Assembly: GCA_963765765.1 (NCBI GenBank)
Contig: CAVXYC010000001.1
Coordinates: forward strand, 192,001-256,000
Reading direction: 5' to 3'
DNA length: 64,000 bases
Origin: an uncultured Chloroflexia bacterium
GTDB lineage: Bacteria; Chloroflexota; UBA6077; JACCZL01
Positions 54,521 to 64,000 of the stretch are shown here, piece after piece. How positions within the stretch are numbered: the first letter of the stretch is position 1; every line of letters begins with the position of its first letter. The position numbers and the translations under genes are program-made. The notes below the pieces were generated by a model. It was not told the origin of the DNA, made no database searches, and saw only the letters and a list, made by a program, of their open reading frames with translations.

Positions 54521-55186
54521 ATGGCAGATGCTGCACTGTCGGCGCTGCACCGAGTCGCACCCTGGCGACAGGCGGTCGGCTGGAAGATCGTGCTCGCCGA
54601 AGGCGCAGTGGCGCTCGCCATCGGGGTGATCATCCTGCTCCAACCCGACGCCGCCCGCGCGACATTCCGGCAGATCCTCGGGGTTGCCTTGCTCCTGTCG
54701 AGCGGCCTCGGAGCCGGCGCGGCGTTCCTGGCCTTCTACTCGGTCGGCGTCAGGATGCAGGAACACCGATTCCGACTCTTCGGCGGCGGAATCGGGATGA
54801 CCGTGGGTCTGCTGGTGATCCTCGAGCCGTTCTCGGCGTCGGTCGGCGGCGAGGCCGGTCGGAGCCTGCTGGCGGTGGGACTGCTGGTGTACGGCCTGTT
54901 CGAGCTGGCTGCGGGGATCGCAGGCTTCGGGTCTCGGGGCTCCGGGCCGGGGCCCTGGCTGAACGGTGCACTGTTACGCCAGTTTCGGGCTGCTCGGCCT
55001 CGTCAACATCTGGATGGAGGTCGTGACCGTCGATCTCTACGCTGTGCTGGCCCTGTTCGTGGGACTGCTGCTGATCGGATACGCCCTGGTGCTGCGACAC
55101 GCCAGGCGTGGGCCAATCACGAAGCCCAGGACCGCCGCGTGAGCCGCGAGGTTGCTCTCCGCCGACAGCCGCTAAACATCCGTTGA
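54521..55186 (+). CDS. HdeD/DUF308-like membrane protein (frameshifted)
   Basis: W..VL.EG..A..IG..ILL.P repeated TM hairpins; GGGAGA RBS. Confidence 0.6.
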   Translation: MADAALSALHRVAPWRQAVGWKIVLAEGAVALAIGVIILLQPDAARATFRQILGVALLLSSGLGAGAAFLAFYSVGVRMQEHRFRLFGGGIGMTVGLLVILEPFSASVGGEAGRSLLAVGLLVYGLFELAAGIAGFGSRGSGPGPWLNGALLRQFRAARPRQHLDGGRDRRSLRCAGPVRGTAADRIRPGAATRQAWANHEAQDRRVSREVALRRQPLNIR

Positions 55187-55271
55187 CGCGCCCACAGACC
55201 AGCGCCGAGGTCGCTGATGGATCCGCTAACCCCTGGCACTCGGGCCGCCGGCCGAGACGACACGAGGGTAG

Positions 55272-56848
55272 ATGGTGAGTGTGACCACTCAGACCGAGGG
55301 GGACCGATCACTTCCCCGCGAACGGTGGGGGGTGATTGCGACGTGCTCTCTGGCGACCTCAGCCGTCTACCTGCAGCCGCCGCTCTGGCTCTTTCATCAG
55401 CCGCCGAACAGTGCCTTCAACTTCGGATGGGTCGAGGTCAACCTGCTGGTGAGCCTGACGACGCTGCCGTGGCTCGGCTTCGTCCTGCTTGGCGGCGTGC
55501 TCGGCGACTTCTACGGCCGACGCCGCGTCCTGCTGGTCGGACTCGTCGGTCTGGTCGCCGCCAACCTGCTCCTGGTCATCACGCCCGCGCTCCTGGTTCA
55601 TCGCGATGAGTCTGGCCGCCGGTGCGTTCGGAGCGCTGGTCCTCCCACTGTCGCTGTCCCTGCTGACGCTCGCCTTCGCCGACGATGCCCGCGCCAAGAC
55701 CAGTGCCCTGGCGGTCTATCTCGCCGTAACGACCATGGCATTCTTCCTGTCCATCGTCGCCGTGCCGATTCTGTTTGCCTTGCTGGACTTCAGGGCCGTC
55801 TTCGTCGCACCGACGTTGCTCGCGTTGGCAGCCATCCCGCTCGTCCGCCGAATCCTGACCGAGAGCCGCTGCACAGAGGATCGGCACTTTGACGCGGTGG
55901 GTCACGTCGCCTGGGTGCTGGTCGTGCTGTCGCTCGCCTACGGGTTGAAACTGTCGAGCGTGGCGGGCCAGTACATCCCGGCCATCCTGTCCGCCTCGCT
56001 CGTCGGTTGTGGGCTCGGTCTTGTCGATGCTGTTCTGGCGTGATCGGCGGTGGCCGGGCTCGGTCCTGGAACAGAGTGCGCTCCCGCGCCGCCGGCTGTC
56101 GGCACTGGTCGCGTGCGGAATCGCGATGCAGTTTGGCCTCGTCGGGTACGCCACGCAGGTGCGGGGCGCCCTGATCGCCGGCTACAGCTACACGCCCCTG
56201 GTAGGGACTCTGGCGCTGGCGCCGTTGGCGCTCGGCATGTTGACGATGGCCCTCTGTCGGCACGCGGCGCCTGGAGGGCTTGCGTGTCCGGCCGATGCTG
56301 GCGTTTGGGCTGGTGGTCGCGGGCATCGTCTCCGCGCTGACGGCGTTGACCAAGGCGACAGACGTCTACCCGTGGCTCGCCGTGCTGCTGTTTGTGTTCG
56401 GCGCGGCGATGATCGCCTGTAACACGGCGTGGACGTTCAGTTTCCTGACCGCCATTGACGACCGGATGATCGGTGTCCGGACTGGGATCAGCGGCGCACT
56501 GTTCGAATTGGGAAGCGTGGCCGGCGGGACGGTGGCCGGAGCGCTGCTGGCCACCATCGGTCTGGCAGAGGCAGCCAGGCGGTTGCGAGCGCAGGGTGCG
56601 CCGTCGATCGAACTGGACGCCGCACTGTCTGCCCTGAACGTGTTGCTCGACGCCGCCACAACCGACCCGACGGTGCTCGATTCGCACGGTCGCCCGGCAG
56701 CTCATGGCGGCCTATCAGGTCGTCTACATCGCGAGCTATGAGCAGGTGCTGCTGATCATCGCCGCCGTGTGTGTGATCGTCGGCGCGGTGGTCTGGTTCG
56801 GACTTCGCGCCAGGACCGAGACTGAGGATCTGACGCTCGTCCGTGAAC
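55272..56848 (+). CDS. MFS transporter (frameshifted)
   Basis: Motif A GGVLGDFYGRRRVL; many TM segments across frames. Confidence 0.75.
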
Positions 56849-56929
56849 GATGACGCCATCGCCGGCTCGCGCCGCGCACCGTTGCCCGCGGGTGACATCG
56901 CCCATCGGAGCCACATCCAGACCTGGATC

Positions 56930-58229
56930 ATGGAGGACAATCGATGGCCGAGCAATCCGAGCAACGCGACACTGTTCCAGAACGTGCGGATCTTCGACGG
57001 CAAGGACGGTGTCATCTCGGCGCCGTCCGACGTCCTGGTCGAGGGGCAGCGCATCGCGCGCATCTCGGTGACGACGCTGGCGAGCGACCCTGATCGGCCG
57101 GTGACTGTCGTCGCGGGTGGAGGGCGCGTGTTGATGCCCGGCCTGATCGACGCGCACTGGCATGCCATGTTCGCGACGTTGCCAATGGCGGTCCTCATGA
57201 CTGCCGATCGCTGGCTACGTCAATCTGGTGGCAGGCGGGCGGCCGAGGCGACGTTGATGCGCGGCTTCACCTCCGTCCGTGATCTTGGCGGACCCGTCTT
57301 CGGGCTCAAGCGCGCCATCGACGACGGCATCGTCGTCGGGCCGCGCATCTATCCGTCAGGTGCCTTTATCTCCCAGACCTCGGGGCACGGTGACTTTCGG
57401 ATGCCGTACGAGGTGCCACGGGCCGTAGGCGAGCCGCTGAGCTATCTGGAGCGAATCGGCGTCTCGGCGATCGCCGATAGCCAGACGAGGTCCGGCTGCG
57501 CGCACGAGAACAACTGCGCCAGGGCGCGAGCCAGCTCAAACTGATGGCCGGTGGAGGAGTCGCATCGCCCTACGACCCGATCGACGCGACACAGTACACC
57601 GAGCCTGAGATCCGGGCGGCCGTCGAGGCCGCCGAGAACTGGGGCACTTACGTGGCTGTGCATGCCTACACGCCGCGTGCCATCCAGATCGCAGTCGCTG
57701 CCGGCGTCAAGTGCATCGATCACGGACAGCTGATCGACGAGCCGACCGCCGAGCTCCTGGCACAGCAGGAGATCTGGCTGAGCCTGCAGCCGTTCCTGGA
57801 CGACGAGGATGCTGTCCCGCTCCCTGATCCGGCGCAGCGGCGGAAGGCGGAGGAGGTCTTACCGGGACGGATACCGCCTACACGCTGGCAAAGCGGTACG
57901 GCATCAGGGTCGCATTCGGGACCGACACGCTCTTCGATCCGCGGCTCGCGGCGCGCAGGGGGCGCAGTTGGCCAAGCTGGTGCGGTGGTACCCGACGGCC
58001 GGCGTGCTCAAGATGGCGACCGCCGACAACGCAGAGCTCCTGGCGCTCTCCGGGCCACGCAACCCGTATCCCGGCAAGCTGGGCGTCGTCGAGGAGGGTG
58101 CGCTGGCGGATCTGCTCCTGGTCGATGGCGATCCGATGCAGAGACATCCGGCTTCTCGAAGATCCGGCGAGAAAACTTCTCGTCATCATGAAGGACGGCC
58201 AGATCTACAAGAACGACCTTGTGGTGTAA
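56930..58229 (+). CDS. Metal-dependent amidohydrolase, Xaa-Pro dipeptidase-like (frameshifted)
   Basis: LMPGLIDAHWH, GFTSVRDLGG, SQTSGHGD, KLMAGGGVASP.DP, VHAYT, GTD, EGALADLLLVDGDP. Confidence 0.88.
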
Positions 58230-59600
58230 CGCCCGCAACGGGTCCGGCTTCCGCGTAGCAAAAGCTGATGGCCTGCTCCTTGGAGCGCGGCGTTCAGACC
58301 CATCCGGCCGGTCCAATGTTCATCCATCGATCGGCGAGGCTTCGCCTAGTAAGCACTCTACGGTTGGCACCGGACAGTTGCGCCTAGCTCCAGTTGCTGG
58401 TTGCACAAGTTTCGGGCGCATCCACTCGGGACCTGGAGAAGACGAGGCATGTCGTACCGTAGGGATTCTCCTGATGTCGCGGCTCACACGGGGCCGATAG
58501 ACTCATGCGTAGGGGCCGCGCCTGGTGCCGTTGGGCAGTCGATGCTACAGCGCTCGCGCGGGGTGCGACTTGGGTCCAGCCCCTGGCCTAGAAACCAGGG
58601 GCTGCGTTGAGGTAACGGAAGATGCGTCGAACAATCGCGTGTGGACTCGGAGCGTTGGCGCTGGCCGCTGGCATCACGATCGCGACGTTCCGGAATTCGG
58701 AGTCGCTCAAGAGCACACGGTCATCAGGCCAACTTAATTCAACCTCAGATCCGAATCGATGTGGTTGGGAGCGCAATCGGGATCACCCATGTAAAATGCC
58801 CGGCAGGCCGACGCGGTGTTCTTTCAGGGCGAGAAAGAACGGTACCAGCGCGCCGCCACCGACCCCGCGGCACAACCGTACGGTCTCTTCCTGACCTACG
58901 GAATGGACGGGCGGGCGGCTCTCATCGTACTCGACATGGCGTGGCTCCGCGAGGAGGATAACCTCGGGTTTGTCGACCTGATGCTGTTCGAGACTGGCAC
59001 AACCGGGGTACCGCGAGTACCAGGCACGCATGAGTCTGTCCAGCTTTCGCTCCAGCCCTCGACGGACAGGGACGTACCTCGCTCGGCAGTATCAGAAGCT
59101 GCCCAAGGGCAGCATGGTGAACAACACCGACTGGGGTATCAGCGAGGCGTTTACCACTTCGCAACGATTCCATCAATGCTCGCGTGGACAACGGCCCGGA
59201 TGACGATGAAGCCCGCCGACAAGGCGACAAGTTTCGACGAAAAGGGGCGAAGGCGATCGATTAGGACTGATCGCCGAATCGCTACTCCAAGAAGAGTATA
59301 CTGTCGGACCTTCGGAACCAACGGTTGGTGGACATGGAGGGAATCGAGCTCCTGACCTCTTCCATGCCAGGGAAGTGCGTTCCCACTGCGCCACAGACCC
59401 GTACTTGCGTGTTCGGGAATCGTACCAGTGCCGCAGCGCACTATTTCGCAGAGACCAGAGATGAAAATAGCTAGAAATGGTCGCCGGCAAACGCTCCGAA
59501 TGATTTTCGGGATGCGGAAGGTACGTGCTACGAATTGACGCCGCATCTTGGAACTCGCCAAGCTTCTCGGGCGTCAGTCACCTGGAACAATACGCCGCGA

Positions 59601-59642
59601 GTGTCACGTCTATTGACAAGACAGGAGACTTGTCTTTAACCT
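59601..59642 (+). promoter_or_regulatory. Sigma70-type nadA promoter with overlapping TGTC/GACA palindromes (candidate NiaR operator)
   Basis: TTGACA (59613) and TAACCT (59637); TGTCA-N7-TGACA and GACAAG-N8-CTTGTC. Confidence 0.55.
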
Positions 59643-59672
59643 CAGGTGGTATTCATGGTGGAAGGATCCCAG

Positions 59673-60632
59673 ATGCGGACAAACTCGGCGAGCAGGACAA
59701 ACCTGATTCAGGAGATCGAACAGCTCAAACGCGAGCGGAAAGCGGTCATCCTGGCGCACAACTATCAGAGGCCTGAGATTCAGGATCTGGCCGACTACGT
59801 CGGAGATTCACTCGGACTCTCTCAACAAGCGGCCACCACCGAAGCCCCGGTGATCGTGTTCTGCGGCGTCCAATTCATGGCGGAAACGGCCTCCATTCTT
59901 TCGCCCGAGAAGACAGTGCTACTACCGGATCCGGATGCCGGATGCTCGCTGGCCGAGGGGATCACGGCCGATCAGCTCCGAGCTTGGAAGGATGAATATC
60001 CTGACGCGGTCGTCGTTTCATATGTCAACACTTCCGCGGAGGTGAAGGCTGAGAGCGACTATTGCTGCACCTCTGGCAATGCCGTGAAGGTAATTCAGGC
60101 CATTCCCGCTGACCGTGAGATTCTCTTTCTTCCCGACATGTTCCTGGGTGCCTACCTCGAGCGTATGACCGGCCGGAAAATGCACATCTGGATGGGTGAG
60201 TGCCACGTGCATGCCGGGATCGGCGCCAATGAGATGCGCCAAGCCCAAAGCAATCACCCCGGCGCGGAGATCATGGTGCACCCCGAGTGTGGCTGCGCAA
60301 GTCCGCTCATGTACGCATCAGTAAGCGGTGAGCTTCCCATGGCGGGCGTGTCGGTACTCTCTACCGAAGGCATGCTACGTCGTGCGGACGAATCGAAATC
60401 GCAGGAGTTCCTCGTGGCCACCGAAACGGGCATCCTTCATCGTCTGCGCAAGGATCATCCCGAGAAATCCTTCATGCCGGTGAGCGAAGCGGCCGTCTGC
60501 CGCTACATGAAGATGACCACTCTAGAGAAACTCCACCGCTCACTCAAAGACATGCAGTACGAGGTGCGGGTTCCCAGGGAGACGGCCGATCGAGCGCGCG
60601 GCGCGATCGTACGCATGCTGGAGATCGTCTGA
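59673..60632 (+). CDS. nadA: Quinolinate synthase
   Basis: ILAHNYQ, GDSL, CGV.FMAE, AGCSLA, YVNT, C.VH, HPEC, C.YMK. Confidence 0.95.
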   Translation: MRTNSASRTNLIQEIEQLKRERKAVILAHNYQRPEIQDLADYVGDSLGLSQQAATTEAPVIVFCGVQFMAETASILSPEKTVLLPDPDAGCSLAEGITADQLRAWKDEYPDAVVVSYVNTSAEVKAESDYCCTSGNAVKVIQAIPADREILFLPDMFLGAYLERMTGRKMHIWMGECHVHAGIGANEMRQAQSNHPGAEIMVHPECGCASPLMYASVSGELPMAGVSVLSTEGMLRRADESKSQEFLVATETGILHRLRKDHPEKSFMPVSEAAVCRYMKMTTLEKLHRSLKDMQYEVRVPRETADRARGAIVRMLEIV

Positions 60633-60755
60633 GTTCCACTCAGTGGGACAAGATGCACGTAGTGGGTGCTTCAGCGCCTTTTCGGCGAGCACGGTAGAGC
60701 GAGCGCAGCGATGCGACTTGCCATCAATGTGGCGAGACTATTCGGGGAGGGTTAG

Positions 60756-61290
60756 GTGAACGGGCGTGAGCGCCGGGACGAGCTTTTGCGGCGCGTGCGA
60801 ACGGAAGAGAATCCGGTCACCGGGACGGACCTGGCGCAGGCGCTGGGAGTAAGCCGCCAGATTATCGTTCAGGACGTGGCAGTGCTTCGCGCAGCCGGTG
60901 AAGACATCATCTCCACGCCGCGCGGCTACATGCTTGCTTGGCGGCCAGCCAACGGCTCAGCGAGCCATTCTTGTCACGCGGCACGCCCGCCACGATGCGG
61001 TGGATGAGCTTTCCATTATGGTGGATCAGGGCCTGCGCGTCGTCGACGTCGTAGTGGAGCATCCGATCTACGGCGAGCTCAGGGCGCCGCTCATGTTCGA
61101 GTCGCGCAGCGATGTGCTGGCATGGCACGAACGCATCGAGGCCACCGGCGCATCGTTGCTCTCCGACCTGACCGACGGCGTGCACCTGCATACGGTGGAA
61201 ACCTTTCAGCCAGAACGAATCGAACGCGCCAGAGCTGAGCTACGCAAGCACGGCTTTCTGGTGGAGGAGCCGTCCTGCGCGGACAAATAA
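60756..61290 (+). CDS. niaR: Niacin-responsive repressor, HTH-3H domain (frameshift near 60935)
   Basis: GVSRQIIVQDVA.LRA, STPRGY, DV.VEHPIYG, LS.LTDGVHLHT. Confidence 0.88.
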
Positions 61291-61328
61291 ACACTCAACG
61301 GACATAGGTGGAAACAGGAAGGAATACC

Positions 61329-62222
61329 ATGAACGTACCAATCTGGGAGCTGGAAGATATTGTCAGGCGCGCGCTCGCCGAGGACATCGGCTCGGGCGAC
61401 GTCACTACGGATAGCCTGATCCCTGAAGACGCCACCGGCACAGGCGCGGTGCAGGTGCGCCAGGGTGGCATCATCGCCGGCTTGGACGTGCTGCTCATGA
61501 CGTTCCGGATCGTTGATCCGGCCATCAACGTCACGCTCTTCAAGCACGACGGCGACACGGTGGAGCCCGGCGATCTTGTGGCGCGACTTGAAGGCCCAGC
61601 GCGTGGTCTGCTCAAGGGTGAGCGCGTGGCGTTAAACTTCATCCAGCGCATGAGCGCTATTGCAACAGCCACCAATGCGCTGGTCCGGGCCGTGGAAGGC
61701 CTGCCGGTGCGGATCATCGACACCCGCAAGACCACACCCGGACTGCGTCCGCTCGAGCGGTACTCGGTGCGCGCCGGCGGCGGACGCAACCATCGCTATG
61801 GGTTGAGTGACGGGGTGCTCATCAAGGACAATCACCTGGAGGTGCTTGCCCAGGAAGGCCACGGTATCACCGAGGCAATCCGACGCGCGCGCGAAGCCAT
61901 CCCGCACACCGTGGGCATCGAGGTGGAAGTAGAGACACTGGAGCAGGCCCGGGAAGCGGCCGAAGCTGGCGCAGACGCAATTCTCCTCGACAACATGAGC
62001 CCGGGCGAGATGCGAGAAGCCGTGCAGCTCATCAAGTCCATCAGCTCCCGCACCCTCACTGAGGCGTCCGGCGGCGTGACCTCCGAGAACATCCGTGGTG
62101 TGGCCGAAAGCGGCGTAGACCTGATCTCATCAGGTTCGCTGACGCATTCCGTCAAAGCGATGGACATCGGCATCGACTTTGAACTGGCGAATCGGCCGAT
62201 GGTGGCAGCCGGGCGAGCGTAG
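61329..62222 (+). CDS. nadC: Quinolinate phosphoribosyltransferase
   Basis: ED...GDVTT, ERVALN, DTRKTTPG, NHR.GL.D..LIKDNH, LLDNM, EASGG. Confidence 0.96.
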   Translation: MNVPIWELEDIVRRALAEDIGSGDVTTDSLIPEDATGTGAVQVRQGGIIAGLDVLLMTFRIVDPAINVTLFKHDGDTVEPGDLVARLEGPARGLLKGERVALNFIQRMSAIATATNALVRAVEGLPVRIIDTRKTTPGLRPLERYSVRAGGGRNHRYGLSDGVLIKDNHLEVLAQEGHGITEAIRRAREAIPHTVGIEVEVETLEQAREAAEAGADAILLDNMSPGEMREAVQLIKSISSRTLTEASGGVTSENIRGVAESGVDLISSGSLTHSVKAMDIGIDFELANRPMVAAGRA

Positions 62223-62226
62223 CGAA

Positions 62227-62302
62227 GCCCGGCCGTCGAGGCCGCCTCGCGAAGTCCCATTCGCCGATTAAGGTGCTCGCGAGGCGGCCTCGACGGCCGG
62301 GC
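62227..62302. terminator. 26-bp-arm inverted repeat between convergent genes (terminator or REP)
   Basis: GCCCGGCCGTCGAGGCCGCCTCGCGA ... TCGCGAGGCGGCCTCGACGGCCGGGC. Confidence 0.7.
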
Positions 62303-62307
62303 GGGGT

Positions 62308-63777
62308 TTACTTCAGGCTTACCGTCACGCTCTTGCGCTGGGTGAAGCTATCGATCATGCCCTCGAGTGAGAACTCTCGGCCGATGCCGCTCATCTTGAA
62401 GCCGCCGTACGAGTGGCCGGGTAGCTGACCGAGTCCTCGATTCACCTGGACCCAGCCCGACTCGATGGCATGCGCGGCGCTCAGCGCCTTGCCGATATCG
62501 CGGCACCATACGTAGGCCGCCAGGCCATAATGACTGTCGTTCGCCATACGGATCGCTTCTGCCTCGTCGGTCCACGGAATGACCACGAGCACGGGGCCGA
62601 AGATCTCTTCGCGGGCGATGCGCCAGTCGTTGGTGGCGTTCGCGATGATGGTCGGCTCAACAAAGAAGCCCTCGGAGAGCGGGCCTTCCTTGGGCGGCAG
62701 ACCGCCAATGAGCATTTTGGCGGACGGCTGGTTCATGCCGTCCTGGATGTACTCACAGACGCGGTTGTACTGCTTGGTATTGATGATCGAGCCCATATCC
62801 GTGGCCTCGTCCAACGGGTCGCCTACTTTCAGCGTTGTCAGACGCTGGCTGATCTTGTCCAGGAATGACTGATAGATGTCCTGATGCAGGAAGAGCCGCG
62901 AGCCCGCCGTGCAGGACTGGCCCTGGCGGGTGAAACGCATACCAGCAATCACGCCGTCTGCTACGTCATCGGTATCTGAGTCCGGGAAGACCACCGCGGG
63001 ACTCTTACCGCCCAGCTCCAGTGAAACCGGCACAATGCGATCGGCCGCGGCGTGCATGACCGACTTGCCCACCGCCGTGGAGCCGGTGAATGAGAGCTTG
63101 CGCACCAGCGGATGCACCGACAGTGGAGCTCCTGCCTCTTCACCAAACCCGGTGATCACATTCAGCACGCCCGGCGGCAGATGCTCGTTGCAGATCCGCG
63201 CCATGTGCAGGACCGCCAGGGGCGCATCCTCGGCAGCTTTCATCACCAACGTATTGCCGGCCGTGATAGCCATGGCGATCTTCAGCGCGCCCAACATCAC
63301 CGGCGCGTTCCAGGGAATGATCGCGCCAACAACGCCGATCGGCTCACGCCTGTTGTAGACCAGCAGATCCTCGCTGATCGGCACGACCTCGCCCTTGAGC
63401 TCGGTGGCCACACCACCGAAGTACTGAAAGATGTCTACGCCAGTCTTCACCTCACCACGTGCCTGAGTGCGGATAGCGTTGCCAGTCTCGGTGGCAATAG
63501 TCGTGGCGATCTCCTCGGCTTGATCGCGCATGCCCTGGGCGATCTTGAGCATGGCCGCGCCCCGCTCGGTCGGTGCCACCTTGCGCCAGGTCTTGAAGGC
63601 CTCAGCCGCGGCTTGGACGGCTCGATCGACGTCTGATGCATCGGACCGGGGAACCGTGGCGATCTGCTCGCGCTGTCGCGCCGGGTTCTCAATCGGGAAC
63701 GTCACGCCGGATGCGGATTCGACGCCTTCGCCGTTGATGAGCATCGGGACGAAGCCGTGCTGAGTTTGTACTGCCAT
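62308..63777 (-). CDS. NAD(P)-dependent aldehyde dehydrogenase
   Basis: IIPWNAP, FTGST, ELGGKSP, GQSCTAGSR, EEIFGPV. Confidence 0.95.
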   Translation of the reverse strand: MAVQTQHGFVPMLINGEGVESASGVTFPIENPARQREQIATVPRSDASDVDRAVQAAAEAFKTWRKVAPTERGAAMLKIAQGMRDQAEEIATTIATETGNAIRTQARGEVKTGVDIFQYFGGVATELKGEVVPISEDLLVYNRREPIGVVGAIIPWNAPVMLGALKIAMAITAGNTLVMKAAEDAPLAVLHMARICNEHLPPGVLNVITGFGEEAGAPLSVHPLVRKLSFTGSTAVGKSVMHAAADRIVPVSLELGGKSPAVVFPDSDTDDVADGVIAGMRFTRQGQSCTAGSRLFLHQDIYQSFLDKISQRLTTLKVGDPLDEATDMGSIINTKQYNRVCEYIQDGMNQPSAKMLIGGLPPKEGPLSEGFFVEPTIIANATNDWRIAREEIFGPVLVVIPWTDEAEAIRMANDSHYGLAAYVWCRDIGKALSAAHAIESGWVQVNRGLGQLPGHSYGGFKMSGIGREFSLEGMIDSFTQRKSVTVSLK

Positions 63778-64000
63778 AGTCGGAGACTCCCGTGTTTTGC
63801 CCTAGTGTACGCGCAGACGAGAGGCCAGAGGCGCCGACGAGAGGTCAGAGCTCAGAGGCTAGAGGCAGCATGGTCCCGGAGCGCGAGACCTGGTCTCGTC
63901 CGGCGTAGGACCATCTCGAGGTTTACGTTTCGGATGAGGGTCCCGGCTCTCCAGCGGATGATCTGGAGCGCAACCAGCCGTCAGTTAGTTGTGCCGGAGG

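Larger units (their letters stand above)
44797..59532. mobile_element. Putative degenerate genomic island (right boundary tentative)
   Basis: att fragment + integrase remnant at left; GC-rich, heavily frameshifted cargo; core nad operon resumes at ~59.6 kb. Confidence 0.6.

Noticed and set aside
58780-59355. Hypothetical ORF near the island right end
   Set aside because: No recognisable motif or clear start; probably a gene remnant
5448-61290. Programmed frameshifting or mass pseudogenisation of core genes (cobM, pstS/C/B, cobO, cobN, niaR)
   Set aside because: Scattered single-base indels without common slippery motifs in otherwise conserved genes; long-read error is more likely
63815-63870. 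Short AGAGG-containing heptamer-like repeats
   Set aside because: Degenerate and few; likely a simple intergenic repeat with no supportable function

Overview
High-GC bacterial chromosomal segment, most consistent with a Chloroflexota genome (Tat/lipoprotein solute-binding proteins with Ala/Pro linkers, a Chloroflexota-type secreted protein). Many single-base frameshifts in conserved genes point to an unpolished long-read assembly. Core content: two cobalamin clusters (cobF-cobK-cobL-cobI-cobM-cbiG-cobJ; Cbl riboswitch-cobO-cobN-chlID-cobH), a pst/phoU operon, E1 alpha/beta plus acyl-CoA dehydrogenase, nadA-niaR-nadC and an aldehyde dehydrogenase. Accessory content: IS256/HEAT-repeat debris (~11-13 kb), a lower-GC islet (~20-22 kb) and a ~14.7-kb integrase-linked island (~44.8-59.5 kb). 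Best leads: (1) orphan ABC substrate-binding genes separated by an ~80-bp direct repeat that ends in a symmetric 11-6-11 dif/Xer-like site, suggesting a recombinase-shuffled cassette array; (2) an island whose tRNA 3'-half att site is fused to a truncated REP rather than a tRNA 5' half; (3) a lysozyme-like ORF inside, and a short ssb ahead of, the pst operon; (4) palindromic repeats embedded in cob coding sequence; (5) two small genes absent from the ORF track (metallothionein-like, orphan Phd antitoxin). All calls are by eye; no searches were run.
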